Assembly (NCBI RefSeq): GCF_028464065.1
Contig: NZ_CP116808.1
Location: forward strand, 1,263,886-1,327,885
Length of the DNA stretch: 64,000 nt
Direction of reading: 5' to 3'
Source: Saprospira sp. CCB-QB6
GTDB lineage: Bacteria > Bacteroidota > Bacteroidia > Chitinophagales > Saprospiraceae
How positions within the stretch are numbered: position 1 is the first letter of the stretch; each line of letters opens with the position of its first letter. The position numbers were made by a program, and so were the translations under genes. Shown one piece after another: positions 16,375-26,835 of this stretch. The notes under the pieces are model-generated. The model was not told the DNA's origin, ran no database searches, and saw nothing but the letters and a program-made list of their open reading frames with translations.

Positions 16375-19300
16375 CTAAGGCTTAACGATTTCAAAGTTCA
16401 GTTGGCTTTGGGTCGTTTCGATTTGAACATTGAGGTAATAGGTACCTGCGGGCAGGTCTCGGATGGCGTCCAGTGTAATGAGGTCGCCAGCGCGAACGGT
16501 TTGGCTGCTCGTAAAGACTTGGCGGCCGAGCACATCTAGGAGTTTGAAATTCACTTGGCTCGTAGTTTTGAGCTGGCTAAAGCGAACATTAACAAAATCG
16601 CTAGCGGGGTTCGGGAATACCGTAACATCGATACTTGCGGCTTCCTTATTATTTACTGCGCGAACTTCAGAGTACTCAAAGTCTCCGTTGAAGTCGACTT
16701 GGCGCAGGCGGTAATAAGTGAGATTTTCGTAGCTATTATTATCGGTATAGCTATAGTAATTGGCGGTTGAGCTATTGCCCTGACCTTGGACAAAATCGAT
16801 TTGGCTAAAGTCAGTTTCATAGTCAAACATGCGTTCTACTTCAAAGCCGCGGTTATCTCTTTCTGTTTCGGTGGCCCAAGAGAGGAGCACAGAAGAAGAA
16901 GATTGGCGTTCGGCATCGAAGAAGAGCCATTCGATGGGGAAATCGACATAAGTGTTAGCATCGCGCCAGTCGTTATCGTCGAGTCCGTCATTGTTGGGAG
17001 TTGGAGCGCCAGTACCTAGGGCGCTACCGTTCACATTATCATCAAAGAGATCGGCTAGTCCGTCGTTATCTGCATCAATCCAGAAAGGAGAGCTAGGATC
17101 GAGGAAGGGAGGAGCCATATTATTTGTATAGCTCGCACCATTGAGGTTATCTAACCAATCGGGCAGGCCATCGCCATCGCTATCGATATTGGGATAATGA
17201 GTGGGGTTACCGCCATTGGTTACATAAGCGGCAGCCATTTGGATAATTTCGTCAGCGGCATTGCCATCGCCGGCGGTAGCGCCACCGAATCCGTTATCAA
17301 AGCCTTCTGCCCAGTCGTATCCGCCATCATTATCAGAGTCGAGATCGAGATAATCTACGGGAGCTGTTCCATCATTGTTATCCTCATTGGGAGTAGCGCC
17401 GATGTTTGCGCCTGTATTTTGGTTAGCGGCATCTAGGCCTTCGTAGATATCGAGTACTCCGTTGCCGTTGGCATCGGCTCCAGAGGGAGCGGCGAAAGTG
17501 GGGCAAGTAGAGCAAACGGCTTCTAGGTAATCTGGAATACCGTCATTATCGGCATCAATATCATAAATATCGGGAACACCGTCGCCGTCGGTATCTAGGG
17601 TATTGATTGCACCAGCTTGGAGATCAGACCAGCCGTCGCCATTAGCGTCGGTGATGGGTCCATCTTCAATTTGGCCATCGAGGGTACCGTTAGCGGGAGA
17701 GTCGGTATTGGCGGCTCCGGTTACTGCGCCTGCTGCGGCTTCGACTACATCTGTAATTCCGTCATTATCGCTATCGAGATCGAGGAAGTTGGGCGTAGCG
17801 TCGGCATCTGCGTTGGCATCGGGATAGCTATTGGGTTGGCCATCATTGTCGTTATCGGTTCCGGTCAAGATAAGTACAGCAGCGATATTATCGGCAGTAC
17901 CATCATTGTTGGGGTCACCGTCTACGGCATCGGCAAAACCATCGCCATCTGCATCGGTAAATGTATCTACGCGGCCATCGCCATCGGCATCGGTTCCATA
18001 GGCTTCCAAGATATCTTGTACCCCATCGTTATCGCTATCGAGGTCATAGATATTGAGGAGACCGTCGGCATCGAAATCGCCATTGGGGTAAGTATCGGGT
18101 TGGCCGTCGTTGTTATTATCGGCTCCAGTAAGGATAAGCACCTGAGCGCTATTCTCGGCGGTACCGTCATTTCCGACATCGCCATCGAGGACATCATGCA
18201 AGCCGTCATTATCGGTATCGATAAAGTCGTCGGCAAAGCCGTCTCCGTTAGTATCGGTTCCCCCAGCTTCCACGACATCGGCGATACCGTCGTTATCGCT
18301 ATCGAGGTCATAGATATTGAGGAGACCGTCGCTATCTGCGTCTCCGTTAGGATAATTATCGGGAGTACCGTCATTATTGACATCATTGCCTGTAAGGATA
18401 AGTGCTTGAGCGCTATTTTCGGCGGTACCGTCGTTTCCGACATCACCATCGAGAACATCATGTAAGCCATCGTTATCGGTATCGCTGAAGTTATCGGCTA
18501 GGCCATCTCCGTTGGTATCGGTTCCGCCAGCTTCCACTACATCAGTAATACCATCATTATCCGCATCGAGATCGAGTTGGTTAGGGATACCATCGCCATC
18601 AACATCATTGCTAGGATAGCTATCAGCGAAGCCGTCATTATTAGTATCTGCGCCTGTAACTTGGAGAGCATTAGCTGTATTTTCAGCAGTGCCATCATTT
18701 CCGACATCGCCATCTACGGTATCATGCAAGCCATCGCCATCGGCATCCACAAAATTATCAGCAAAGCCATCGCCATCTGCATCGGTCCCACCAGCTTCTA
18801 CCACATCAGGAATACCGTCATTATCGCTATCGAGGTCAAATTGGTTAGGAATGCCATCGCCATCATTATCGGCAAAGAAGTCATTATTACCATCTGCATC
18901 GGTATCCAACAAGAGAGAAGTAGAGTTAGCGATTAGACAGCTAGGTTGAGGACCACAGGGGCTAGTGCCTTCGGGGCCATCGGTATCATCGTTATCTACA
19001 GCATCTACAAGGCCATCGCCATCAGAGTCAGTCAAATCATCGAGAATGCCGTCTCCGTTGGTATCTACGCCACCAATTTCAACTAGGTCAGGAATACCGT
19101 CATTATCGTTATCCAAATCTAGGTGATTGGGGATGCCATCGCCATCGAGGTCAAGATTAGCGCAAGTCCCGTTAGCGTTAAGTCCGCCACAAGTGGGGAA
19201 ATCAGCATCAGCATAATTGGGGATTCCATCAGCATCTAAGTCGGAATCAGGATCAGGAAGGCCATTAGTACAGCTCCAGCCGTTTACCCCTTCAAAAAAG

Positions 19301-22300
19301 GCGGCACAATAATCGGGATCTGCATAATCAGGTGTACCATCACCATCATGATCGCCATTATAAGCTTCCATAGCATCGGGAATACCATCATTATCTTGGT
19401 CTAGTCCTGCTTTAGGGTCTCTCCAATCTAGTTCGGCATTGCCTGCATCAGCATTAGGGTGGCTATTCGGGGTAAGGCTCGTATTTGTAGCATCTGTACT
19501 ACTGGTATTATTATCAAAACCATCTAAAAGGCCATCGCCATCAGCATCAATAGCGCCAGCAATACCTGTATTGGCATTGGGGCTATCGCTACCATCTACA
19601 AGGCCATCACCATTTGTATCATGTCCTTCGATTAAGTCACCTTCTCCGTCATTATCGGTGTCAAAATCAAGATAGTCTGGATTATCAATAGCATCTGTAT
19701 TTACAGGAGTAATTCCAGAGCCTGCACCACCAAAATTAGCATTATCATTATCATAGGCATCATCAATACCATCTCCATCAGCATCGTTAGAAGCTGGAGC
19801 GATATAGCCTGTAGTAGACTGCCCTTCTGTATTATCTACGATACCATCATTATCGGCATCAATATCGAGAAAGTTCGGGTTATTATCACCATCCTGATTT
19901 GCTGTAGTATAGCTATCGGGGTAGCCATCATTGTTGCTATCAGTAGTACCAATAGGAGTCGTTCCACTATTACCTCCATCCGTAGTATTTGACCAACCGT
20001 TGCCATCCGCATCATTGGTTGTTGCATCATCAATTTGACCGTCAGCATTAGCATCAGAAGCGGCAAGGCCAGCTTCAACAACATCTAAGATACCATCATT
20101 ATCGGCATCAAGATCATAGATATTAAGAACACCGTCGCCATCGAAATCGCCTTCAGTATAGTTATCTGGGCGGCCATCGCCTCCAGCATCTGTACCTGTA
20201 GCAATTAGTGGATTCGTTCCAGCATCGCCAGCTACGCCATCATTATTGGCATCTGAGTCATATTGATTAGAGAAGCCATCAGCATCGGGGTCTGTAAAGT
20301 TATCTACTTGACCGTTGCCATCCACATCAGCACCACCAGCTTCTACTAAATCGGGGATACCATCATTATCGGCATCAAGGTCCCAAGCGTTAAGCAAGCC
20401 ATCACCGTCAGTATCAGCGATAGGATAGTTATCCGGATTACCATCATTGTTACCATCAGGACCAGTAACTGCTAAGGCTCCAGCTGTATTTTCAGCGATA
20501 CCATCATTTCCAACATCGCCGTCTACAGCATCATAAAAGCCATCAGCATCTGTATCGTTGAAGCCATCAATAAAGCCATCCCCATCAGCATCCACTCCAC
20601 CGTATTCTACTACGTCGGCGACACCATCGTTATCTGAATCCAAATCATAAGCATTGAGATAATTATCCCCATCAGCATCAGCAGTAGGATAATTATCTGG
20701 ACGACCATCATTGTTGCCATCAGGACCAGTAACCACTAAGGCTCTAGTGGTATTTTCAGCGACACCATCATTTCCAACATCACCATCTACTATATCATGG
20801 AAGCCATCATTATCGGTATCGTTGTAGCCATCAATTACACCATCACCATCGGCATCTACACCACCAGCTTCTAATACATCCGAAATGCCATCATTATCCG
20901 CATCTAAATCAAGGTAATTAAGTAACCCATCACTATCTGCATCGGCATTGGGATAACTATCAGGAGCGCCATCATTATTAGCATCTGTTCCTGTTAAGAT
21001 AAGTGCATTTGCAGAATTATCTGCAACACCATCATTATTTGTATCCCCATCAATAGGATCATGGAAACCATCCCCATCAACATCAGCAAAAGCATCTACT
21101 TGGCCATCACCATCTGTATCGGTTCCTCCTGCTTCTACAATGTCAGGAATACCATCATTGTCCGCATCAAGGTCATAGATATTGAGAATACCATCTCCAT
21201 CAAAGTCTCCTTCAGGATAACTATCGGGTTGGCCATCACTATTACCATCTGTTCCTGTAAGCTGAAGGGCTTGAGCCAAATTCTCAGCTGTACCATCATT
21301 ACCTACATCTCCATCAACAATGTCATTATACCCATCGCCATCAGTGTCTGTAAACCCATCTAGCTTACCATTGCCATCTACATCCGTTCCTCCTACTTCT
21401 ACAACATCTGGAATGCCATCATTATCTGAGTCCAAATCTATACTGTTGGGAATACCATCATTATCCGTATCTAGATTGGCGATAGCAGTTCCTGCTGTTC
21501 CTACAGCCGTATAGCTTACCGCTACATTAGATATACAAGAAGCAGCCACCCCACAAAAAGCAGGATCTACATTTGCAGATGTAGCCATAGTTATTGTGAG
21601 GATACCATCATCATTGGCCGTATTCCAAGAAGCAGTAGGTATACTAATTGGATTCATATCCATTGGCGGATTTGAGCAATCAGCATACCCAGTATTATTA
21701 GAGTTTTGACGGTTAAATGGGCCCAAAATAGTTCCATCTTCTAGTTGAAGTGAAAATGTAGAACCATCAAATCCATAAGATCCAAAAACAGACAAAGACA
21801 AAGAAGGGTCAGCGCCTACATCTAAAGTATTCACAGTAAAGGTCAACGTATGCGTTGGAGCAACAGTATTCAAACATTCATCAGAAGAAGTTGAGGTTGA
21901 AGGACCTCCAACCGCATCATCATAAATATCCACCAAACCATCGCCATCAGCATCAATATTAGAATCTACTTGACCATCGCCATCGGTATCTACTCCCCCT
22001 GCTTCTACTAGATCAGGAATGCCATCATTGTCCGCATCCAAATCTACATGATCGGGCGAACCGTCTCCATCTGAATCAAAGTTAGCACAAACGCCATTCA
22101 CAATCCCTGAACAATAAGGAAAATCAGCATCCGAGTAGTTAGGAATACCATCACCATCCAAATCTCCAGTCGGATCAGGCAAACCATCAGCACAATCCCA
22201 ACCATTTACCCCCGCAAAAGTAGCCGCACAGAAATCAGGATCAGCATAATCTGGCGTACCATCACCATCATGATCTCCTTTATAAATTTCTACATTATCC

Positions 22301-23730
22301 GGAATACCATCATTGTCATCATCAATATCACAAGCACTCAATAAGTTATCCTCATCAATCTCCGCCACATAGTTGGGGTTCTCAATAGGAACATACAAAG
22401 AAATAGATCCCCCAGGATCGCCATCTACAGTACCGTTACGAAATCCATCAGAGTGTGTTCCACCAGCACCACCATTAGCTGTAAAGGTTAAGTTGGCAGG
22501 AATTGCAGCCAAAGAATAGAGCAAAGCTCCTCCTCCACCACCTCCACCAGGGCCGTGATAAATATTGGTATTCAAGGTCTGTCCATCCCCTCCAGATACA
22601 TCTACGGTAAGGTTCCCCTGATAAACTTGGGTCTTAAGAACAACGCTACCTCCAGCGCCTCCTCCTCCACCACCATCAGGTGCACCAACAGGGTTTACCG
22701 CCACAGGAGAAGTACCACGCACATCAATAATGCGCCCATTCCCCACAATCGTATCCGCAAAAATAATTACAATTCCACCACCATCTGCAGCAGTAGAAGG
22801 GTTGTTGGTCGATACCCAACCAGGTCCACCAGCTCCACCCAAAAATACTTTGTCCTGAGCCAAATAAGGAGTCAAACTTAGCCCCCCTACCCCACCGGCA
22901 GGAATACCATTAACATTACACCAGCGACTACCACCAATTCCTCCTTGGCCGTAGTTACTTCCTCCTCCTCCTCCAGAATCACCAGAGACACCAGATCCAC
23001 CACCATTGGCCCGCTTTCCACGACCATAGTTCGTAGCCGTATTATCCACAACAATACCACTGCCCTTTTCCCATGAATCAGGCGCCGTATTGGGCAAAGT
23101 ATATTGGTTGTTAGGATCAATAGAACAGTTGTCAGGCGTACCATTTACCGACATTTGAATGCCCTGATACCCCTTTCCTAAAAGATCAATATCCGCATTC
23201 AATACCAATTTATCCGTCACCAAAGCCAACACTCCACCAACACCATTGGCTTCACTCCAGTCTCCTGCCGTCAAAGTAGAATTAACCTCCACCACATTGT
23301 TTCCATAGTCTGGAATACGCACAACCTGCACCACTCCTGCTACATTATAATTCCGAATCAATGAGAATCGAGGCGTTATCACATTCCCTACAATATTCCC
23401 AATTTCAAAAAATTCATAATTCCCCGCCTCATTAATGTTCAAAACATCCCCAGAAGCAGCCGTGTTCGTTACATCTATATCCGCTCCCTTCATCTGAATA
23501 ATCAAGGCCTTGTCCCCAGGTGCAAAAGCCGCGGGATCCTGCACCGTAATCGTATGCGCACAACTCGGATCACAGGGGTCACATACCGGTAAATTTAACG
23601 ATGTTACTGCCGTATAGTCATTGATGATCCCCCCAATACTCACCTGAGCAATGGCGGAACTCCCATACAACAAACAGCAAACAAGGACAAAAAATGCCCT
23701 CCTTAAGTAGTTTGTAATTTTCACGCTCAT
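16375..23730 (-). CDS. Giant (2451 aa) secreted adhesin-like protein with thrombospondin type-3 Ca-binding repeats and a T9SS C-terminal sorting domain
   Basis: Signal peptide MSVKITNYLRRAFFVLVCCLLYGSSAIAQ. N-terminal Gly-rich region (GGGGGAGGS, GPGGGGGGGA) suggests a beta-helix. More than 25 copies of DxDxDGxxDxxDxDxDNDGIPD (TSP3-like). C-terminus ...LPAGTYYLNVQIETTQSQLNFEIVKP is Por-tail-like. Confidence 0.85.
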   Translation of the reverse strand: MSVKITNYLRRAFFVLVCCLLYGSSAIAQVSIGGIINDYTAVTSLNLPVCDPCDPSCAHTITVQDPAAFAPGDKALIIQMKGADIDVTNTAASGDVLNINEAGNYEFFEIGNIVGNVITPRFSLIRNYNVAGVVQVVRIPDYGNNVVEVNSTLTAGDWSEANGVGGVLALVTDKLVLNADIDLLGKGYQGIQMSVNGTPDNCSIDPNNQYTLPNTAPDSWEKGSGIVVDNTATNYGRGKRANGGGSGVSGDSGGGGGSNYGQGGIGGSRWCNVNGIPAGGVGGLSLTPYLAQDKVFLGGAGGPGWVSTNNPSTAADGGGIVIIFADTIVGNGRIIDVRGTSPVAVNPVGAPDGGGGGGAGGSVVLKTQVYQGNLTVDVSGGDGQTLNTNIYHGPGGGGGGGALLYSLAAIPANLTFTANGGAGGTHSDGFRNGTVDGDPGGSISLYVPIENPNYVAEIDEDNLLSACDIDDDNDGIPDNVEIYKGDHDGDGTPDYADPDFCAATFAGVNGWDCADGLPDPTGDLDGDGIPNYSDADFPYCSGIVNGVCANFDSDGDGSPDHVDLDADNDGIPDLVEAGGVDTDGDGQVDSNIDADGDGLVDIYDDAVGGPSTSTSSDECLNTVAPTHTLTFTVNTLDVGADPSLSLSVFGSYGFDGSTFSLQLEDGTILGPFNRQNSNNTGYADCSNPPMDMNPISIPTASWNTANDDGILTITMATSANVDPAFCGVAASCISNVAVSYTAVGTAGTAIANLDTDNDGIPNSIDLDSDNDGIPDVVEVGGTDVDGNGKLDGFTDTDGDGYNDIVDGDVGNDGTAENLAQALQLTGTDGNSDGQPDSYPEGDFDGDGILNIYDLDADNDGIPDIVEAGGTDTDGDGQVDAFADVDGDGFHDPIDGDTNNDGVADNSANALILTGTDANNDGAPDSYPNADADSDGLLNYLDLDADNDGISDVLEAGGVDADGDGVIDGYNDTDNDGFHDIVDGDVGNDGVAENTTRALVVTGPDGNNDGRPDNYPTADADGDNYLNAYDLDSDNDGVADVVEYGGVDADGDGFIDGFNDTDADGFYDAVDGDVGNDGIAENTAGALAVTGPDGNNDGNPDNYPIADTDGDGLLNAWDLDADNDGIPDLVEAGGADVDGNGQVDNFTDPDADGFSNQYDSDANNDGVAGDAGTNPLIATGTDAGGDGRPDNYTEGDFDGDGVLNIYDLDADNDGILDVVEAGLAASDANADGQIDDATTNDADGNGWSNTTDGGNSGTTPIGTTDSNNDGYPDSYTTANQDGDNNPNFLDIDADNDGIVDNTEGQSTTGYIAPASNDADGDGIDDAYDNDNANFGGAGSGITPVNTDAIDNPDYLDFDTDNDGEGDLIEGHDTNGDGLVDGSDSPNANTGIAGAIDADGDGLLDGFDNNTSSTDATNTSLTPNSHPNADAGNAELDWRDPKAGLDQDNDGIPDAMEAYNGDHDGDGTPDYADPDYCAAFFEGVNGWSCTNGLPDPDSDLDADGIPNYADADFPTCGGLNANGTCANLDLDGDGIPNHLDLDNDNDGIPDLVEIGGVDTNGDGILDDLTDSDGDGLVDAVDNDDTDGPEGTSPCGPQPSCLIANSTSLLLDTDADGNNDFFADNDGDGIPNQFDLDSDNDGIPDVVEAGGTDADGDGFADNFVDADGDGLHDTVDGDVGNDGTAENTANALQVTGADTNNDGFADSYPSNDVDGDGIPNQLDLDADNDGITDVVEAGGTDTNGDGLADNFSDTDNDGLHDVLDGDVGNDGTAENSAQALILTGNDVNNDGTPDNYPNGDADSDGLLNIYDLDSDNDGIADVVEAGGTDTNGDGFADDFIDTDNDGLHDVLDGDVGNDGTAENSAQVLILTGADNNNDGQPDTYPNGDFDADGLLNIYDLDSDNDGVQDILEAYGTDADGDGRVDTFTDADGDGFADAVDGDPNNDGTADNIAAVLILTGTDNDNDGQPNSYPDANADADATPNFLDLDSDNDGITDVVEAAAGAVTGAANTDSPANGTLDGQIEDGPITDANGDGWSDLQAGAINTLDTDGDGVPDIYDIDADNDGIPDYLEAVCSTCPTFAAPSGADANGNGVLDIYEGLDAANQNTGANIGATPNEDNNDGTAPVDYLDLDSDNDGGYDWAEGFDNGFGGATAGDGNAADEIIQMAAAYVTNGGNPTHYPNIDSDGDGLPDWLDNLNGASYTNNMAPPFLDPSSPFWIDADNDGLADLFDDNVNGSALGTGAPTPNNDGLDDNDWRDANTYVDFPIEWLFFDAERQSSSSVLLSWATETERDNRGFEVERMFDYETDFSQIDFVQGQGNSSTANYYSYTDNNSYENLTYYRLRQVDFNGDFEYSEVRAVNNKEAASIDVTVFPNPASDFVNVRFSQLKTTSQVNFKLLDVLGRQVFTSSQTVRAGDLITLDAIRDLPAGTYYLNVQIETTQSQLNFEIVKP

Positions 23731-23776
23731 CTAAATGCTGTTAAAATGTGTTTGATAAAAATGCTTATGTAATTTA

Positions 23777-23915
23777 TTTTTTGGGGCTGCCCCTCCTTTC
23801 AGTCGGGTCGGGCTGTTTCGCAGCTCGCTCTTCGCTCGGCCCTGCGCCGCCTCTGGCGGCTGGGTCTGGCCCTTCGGGCCACTGCTGTCCATCCCTCAGC
23901 CAGTCGCTTCGCTCC
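23777..23915 (+). repeat. GC-rich modular repeat copy H (alpha-type)
   Basis: TTTTTTGGGGCTGCCCCTCCTTTCAGTCGGGTCGGGCTGTTTCGCAGCTCGCTCTTCGCTCGGCCCTGCGCCGCCTCTGGCGGCTGGGTCTGGCCCTTCGGGCCACTGCTGTCCATCCCTCAGCCAGTCGCTTCGCTCC. Confidence 0.8.
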
Positions 23916-24469
23916 TTAAAGAACAGCTAACCTTTTACTCTATCCAATTGTTGCCTAAAAAGGACTCAAAAGTATACTTCCTTATTGACTCTCTCACAAA
24001 ACCCACTTAATATAAAAGTAGGGTTTTTTACGGTATTTCATCTCATTTTGTGACAAAAAAGCACATCAAAACCCAAATCAAATAGTATATTTTTAGCAGT
24101 TCGTAAATTTTTATATGGCTTTTATTTAAAAAAGCAAATCTATTTAAGCAAGAAATTCAATTCGCACAATAGATGCTTTCCTTTTCAAAGGGTCACATTT
24201 ATTCGATTAATTTTTTACATATTTTCTTCTTTCCCAAATTTTTAGCGAAAAAAATCGCAGCCTGCTCTTTTACACAAATCCCTAATGTACAACTACTAGA
24301 CAGCATTTTCCTTTAATCGCTCACTTTATTTCATTTAAGCTATTACGTTTTAATCCTATATCCGGATTGCATTACCCTCAAAAAAATCACTTAAGGCCAT
24401 AAAAAAAAGAGCTATATCTCAAAGTTGAGATATAGCTCCTCTATTTTATATTCTTTAATTCCTACAAAT

Positions 24470-26407
24470 CTATCGATTCAAAATAATGATTTCTACCTTC
24501 CGCTTTTGATGCTTGGCCATGTTACTCTCTATTACTCCCCGCCCATCTGTTGTAATTTGTGCAGTCGTAATTCCCAACTCTTTCATAAACTTGGTGACAT
24601 ATCCAGCCCGCTTCTGAGAAAGCGATAAATTAAACTCTTTATCCCCCACATCATCCGCAAAACCAGTCACTTGTATTTTCAAGTTCTCTGGATCTTCAAA
24701 CTGATCCAATAATTTCTGAATTTGCTCTTTTTGTAACTCGCTTAAATCGTATTTCCCCGTCTCAAAATAAACCGATAAGTTCTTGCGTAAACGAGGCTTG
24801 GGCGGCTCCACAACAATAGGCTCTTCTTTGATCTCTTGACCATTGGGCGTTAGTTGCACATCTATCCGCTTGATGGCCTCTCCTGCCGCTCGCTCAAAAT
24901 AATCCGCCCCAATGAAGTTGTCATATCCCTCCTTAGAAATGATATAGGAATAGGATGCCCCACTAGGCAAGCAAAGAAAAAACCGCCCCGCCTTATCCGT
25001 CTCAAAAACACCTATATTCTCCCCCTCATTCCGCAAACGAACTCTAGCCCCAGCCAAAGGCTCTCCCGTTGCTTCATCATAAAGGTACCCATCCAAAAAT
25101 ACATGGTCCACAGCAGGAGCCATAGCCGCTGGAATATGACAGTTATATAGATCCAATCCTCCTTTGCCCCCTGGGCGATTAGAAGAGAAATAAGCATACT
25201 CCCCATCAGGCGTGACCACAATGCCCGCCTCCCGAAATGGAGAATTAACGCCCTCTCCCATGTTTACAGGCCGCGACCATTCCCCATTTTCTAATAATAA
25301 GGTCCGAAATGCATCTGCTTCGCCCATTCCTGGATGCCCATCTGAAACAAAGTAGAGGGTTTGCCCATCTGGCGCAATAAAAGGCGCTTCTTCATCTCCT
25401 TCCGTGTTGATTTTTGGTCCCAAGTTCTCAGGCACTCCCCAACGCCCATCAGCCATTAGCTCCGAAACCCATATATCACTGCCCCCAAAACCACCTTCTC
25501 GAGTAGAGACAAAATACATTTTATAGCCATCACAACTAATCGAGGGCTGGGAATCCCAAGCCTCACTATTCAAGCCCGTCGCAGGCCCCACACTATCTAT
25601 GATCTCATTTTCACTATCATACTCGGCCACATAAATATCACAGCCCCCCTGCACATTTTCCCAAGCACAGGCCGCAAAGAAAATCCGCCGCCCACAAACC
25701 GTAAACTTGGCCATGCCCTCATTATAAGGGGTATTGATGGCCGCCCCAATAGATTTAGGCGATTTCCATTCTCCTTTATCGTTTTTGCGCAACATCAAAA
25801 TATCTTCATCCCCTGAGCGATTGGAGGTATACAATAACATATCTCCATTGGCCCGCAAAGTGGGCAAAAACTCATCAGATTTGGAGTTGGCCATGCCCGG
25901 CAAAAGCTCTGCCTTGCCCGTAGACTCGGTATATTCCATTCCTATAGAATACTCACAGCTCTTAATATTACGCTCTAAATAAGCATCATAGTTGCGCTCG
26001 GTCCCCTCTTCTTTAATCTGATAATCTTTGGGGTTCGCATATTTGTAGAGCTCAAAATACTCTAGTGCTTTGATATAGTTATAGCCTTTCATCTGTAGCT
26101 CGGCCGCCTCAAAATAAGCAGCTCTAGACAATTGAGGATGCCCCTTAAATAAACTCTCATAAGCCTGCCGAGCTGTCTCATAATCGCCTGTTTCCTTGGC
26201 CACTACACCCAACAAACGCTGGGCTGCCGCAAAATTGGGCCTTTGCTTTAAGGCCTGTTGCAAACTGGCCTCAGCCGCCTCATATTTGGCATTATTAAAA
26301 TAGTATTCGGCATCTGCCATATGCTCTTTGGCCGATTTGCTCAGGGGCTGGGCCCTTAAGCTCAAAAAGCTACAGATGATAAAAAAAAAGAGAAGTGTTG
26401 CTTTCAT
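24470..26407 (-). CDS. OmpA-family protein: TPR N-terminus, TolB-like (PD40) beta-propeller repeats, CarboxypepD_reg-like domain, OmpA C-terminal domain
   Basis: Signal peptide, then TPR-like helical repeats (AEYYFNNAKYEAAEASLQQALK...). Repeated PDG..LYF(V/T)S propeller blades. C-terminal OmpA motif NLSLSQKRAGYVTKFMKELGI...RKVEIIILNR. Confidence 0.75.
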   Translation of the reverse strand: MKATLLFFFIICSFLSLRAQPLSKSAKEHMADAEYYFNNAKYEAAEASLQQALKQRPNFAAAQRLLGVVAKETGDYETARQAYESLFKGHPQLSRAAYFEAAELQMKGYNYIKALEYFELYKYANPKDYQIKEEGTERNYDAYLERNIKSCEYSIGMEYTESTGKAELLPGMANSKSDEFLPTLRANGDMLLYTSNRSGDEDILMLRKNDKGEWKSPKSIGAAINTPYNEGMAKFTVCGRRIFFAACAWENVQGGCDIYVAEYDSENEIIDSVGPATGLNSEAWDSQPSISCDGYKMYFVSTREGGFGGSDIWVSELMADGRWGVPENLGPKINTEGDEEAPFIAPDGQTLYFVSDGHPGMGEADAFRTLLLENGEWSRPVNMGEGVNSPFREAGIVVTPDGEYAYFSSNRPGGKGGLDLYNCHIPAAMAPAVDHVFLDGYLYDEATGEPLAGARVRLRNEGENIGVFETDKAGRFFLCLPSGASYSYIISKEGYDNFIGADYFERAAGEAIKRIDVQLTPNGQEIKEEPIVVEPPKPRLRKNLSVYFETGKYDLSELQKEQIQKLLDQFEDPENLKIQVTGFADDVGDKEFNLSLSQKRAGYVTKFMKELGITTAQITTDGRGVIESNMAKHQKRKVEIIILNR

Positions 26408-26439
26408 TATGAATATTGTTTGTCCTAGTTTGTTTTTCG

Positions 26440-26587
26440 GTCCAAGCGGGCCAAAGGCCCGCCGGCCTAGCGATGTGCAGCAGTGCGGCGCAGCCGCAGA
26501 CCAAGGCCGTCAGGCCGCAGGGCCGAGCAGACTTGCGAGCTGCGAAACGTAGCGCCGACGAGCGTAGCGAGGCGGAGGCCCCAAAAC
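26440..26587 (-). repeat. GC-rich modular repeat copy I (beta-type, minus orientation)
   Basis: GGCCTAGCGATGTGCAGCAGTGCGGCGCAGCCGCAGACCAAGGCCGTCAGGCCGCAGGGCCGAGCAGACTTGCGAGCTGCGAAACGTAGCGCC...GGCGGAGGCCCCAAAAC. Confidence 0.8.
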
Positions 26588-26760
26588 GGCAGCGAGCTGC
26601 GACAACCAGCCTCAAAGAGGCGCCAGTTCGACGAAGTAAACGACAACAAGGTCTTTAGACCGCAGTTCGACGACCGAAGGGAGTAACCGCCGCAAGGCGA
26701 AGCCGCGCGACAACAAGGCTGCAAGCCGCAGTTCGACGACCGGAGGGAGTAACGCCCCAA
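26588..26760. repeat. Tandem 45-60-bp motif GACAACAAGG..(TTTAGACC)GCAGTTCGACGACCG(A/G)AGGGAGTAAC, 2 full and 1 partial copy
   Basis: Read directly. A fourth copy at 54981-55027 (CAACAAGCCCTTTAGGCTGCAGTTCGACGGCCAGAGGGAGTAACC) is adjacent to repeat copy S. Confidence 0.6.
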
Positions 26761-26835
26761 ATCTCCCACAGCATCTTATAATAAACGCTTCTGCTACAAA
26801 AAAAAGGGCCAAAAGGCCCTAAATTTCTCTTAAAA

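Noticed and set aside
16463-23144. Many 60-280-aa ORFs on both strands inside the 2451-aa adhesin gene (e.g. 17617..18465 +, 17967..18470 -, 18577..18936 +)
   Set aside because: These are low-complexity translations (I/V/A/G or M/S/T runs) produced by the highly periodic D/N/G-rich coding repeats. They are fully nested in a gene with clear domain logic.
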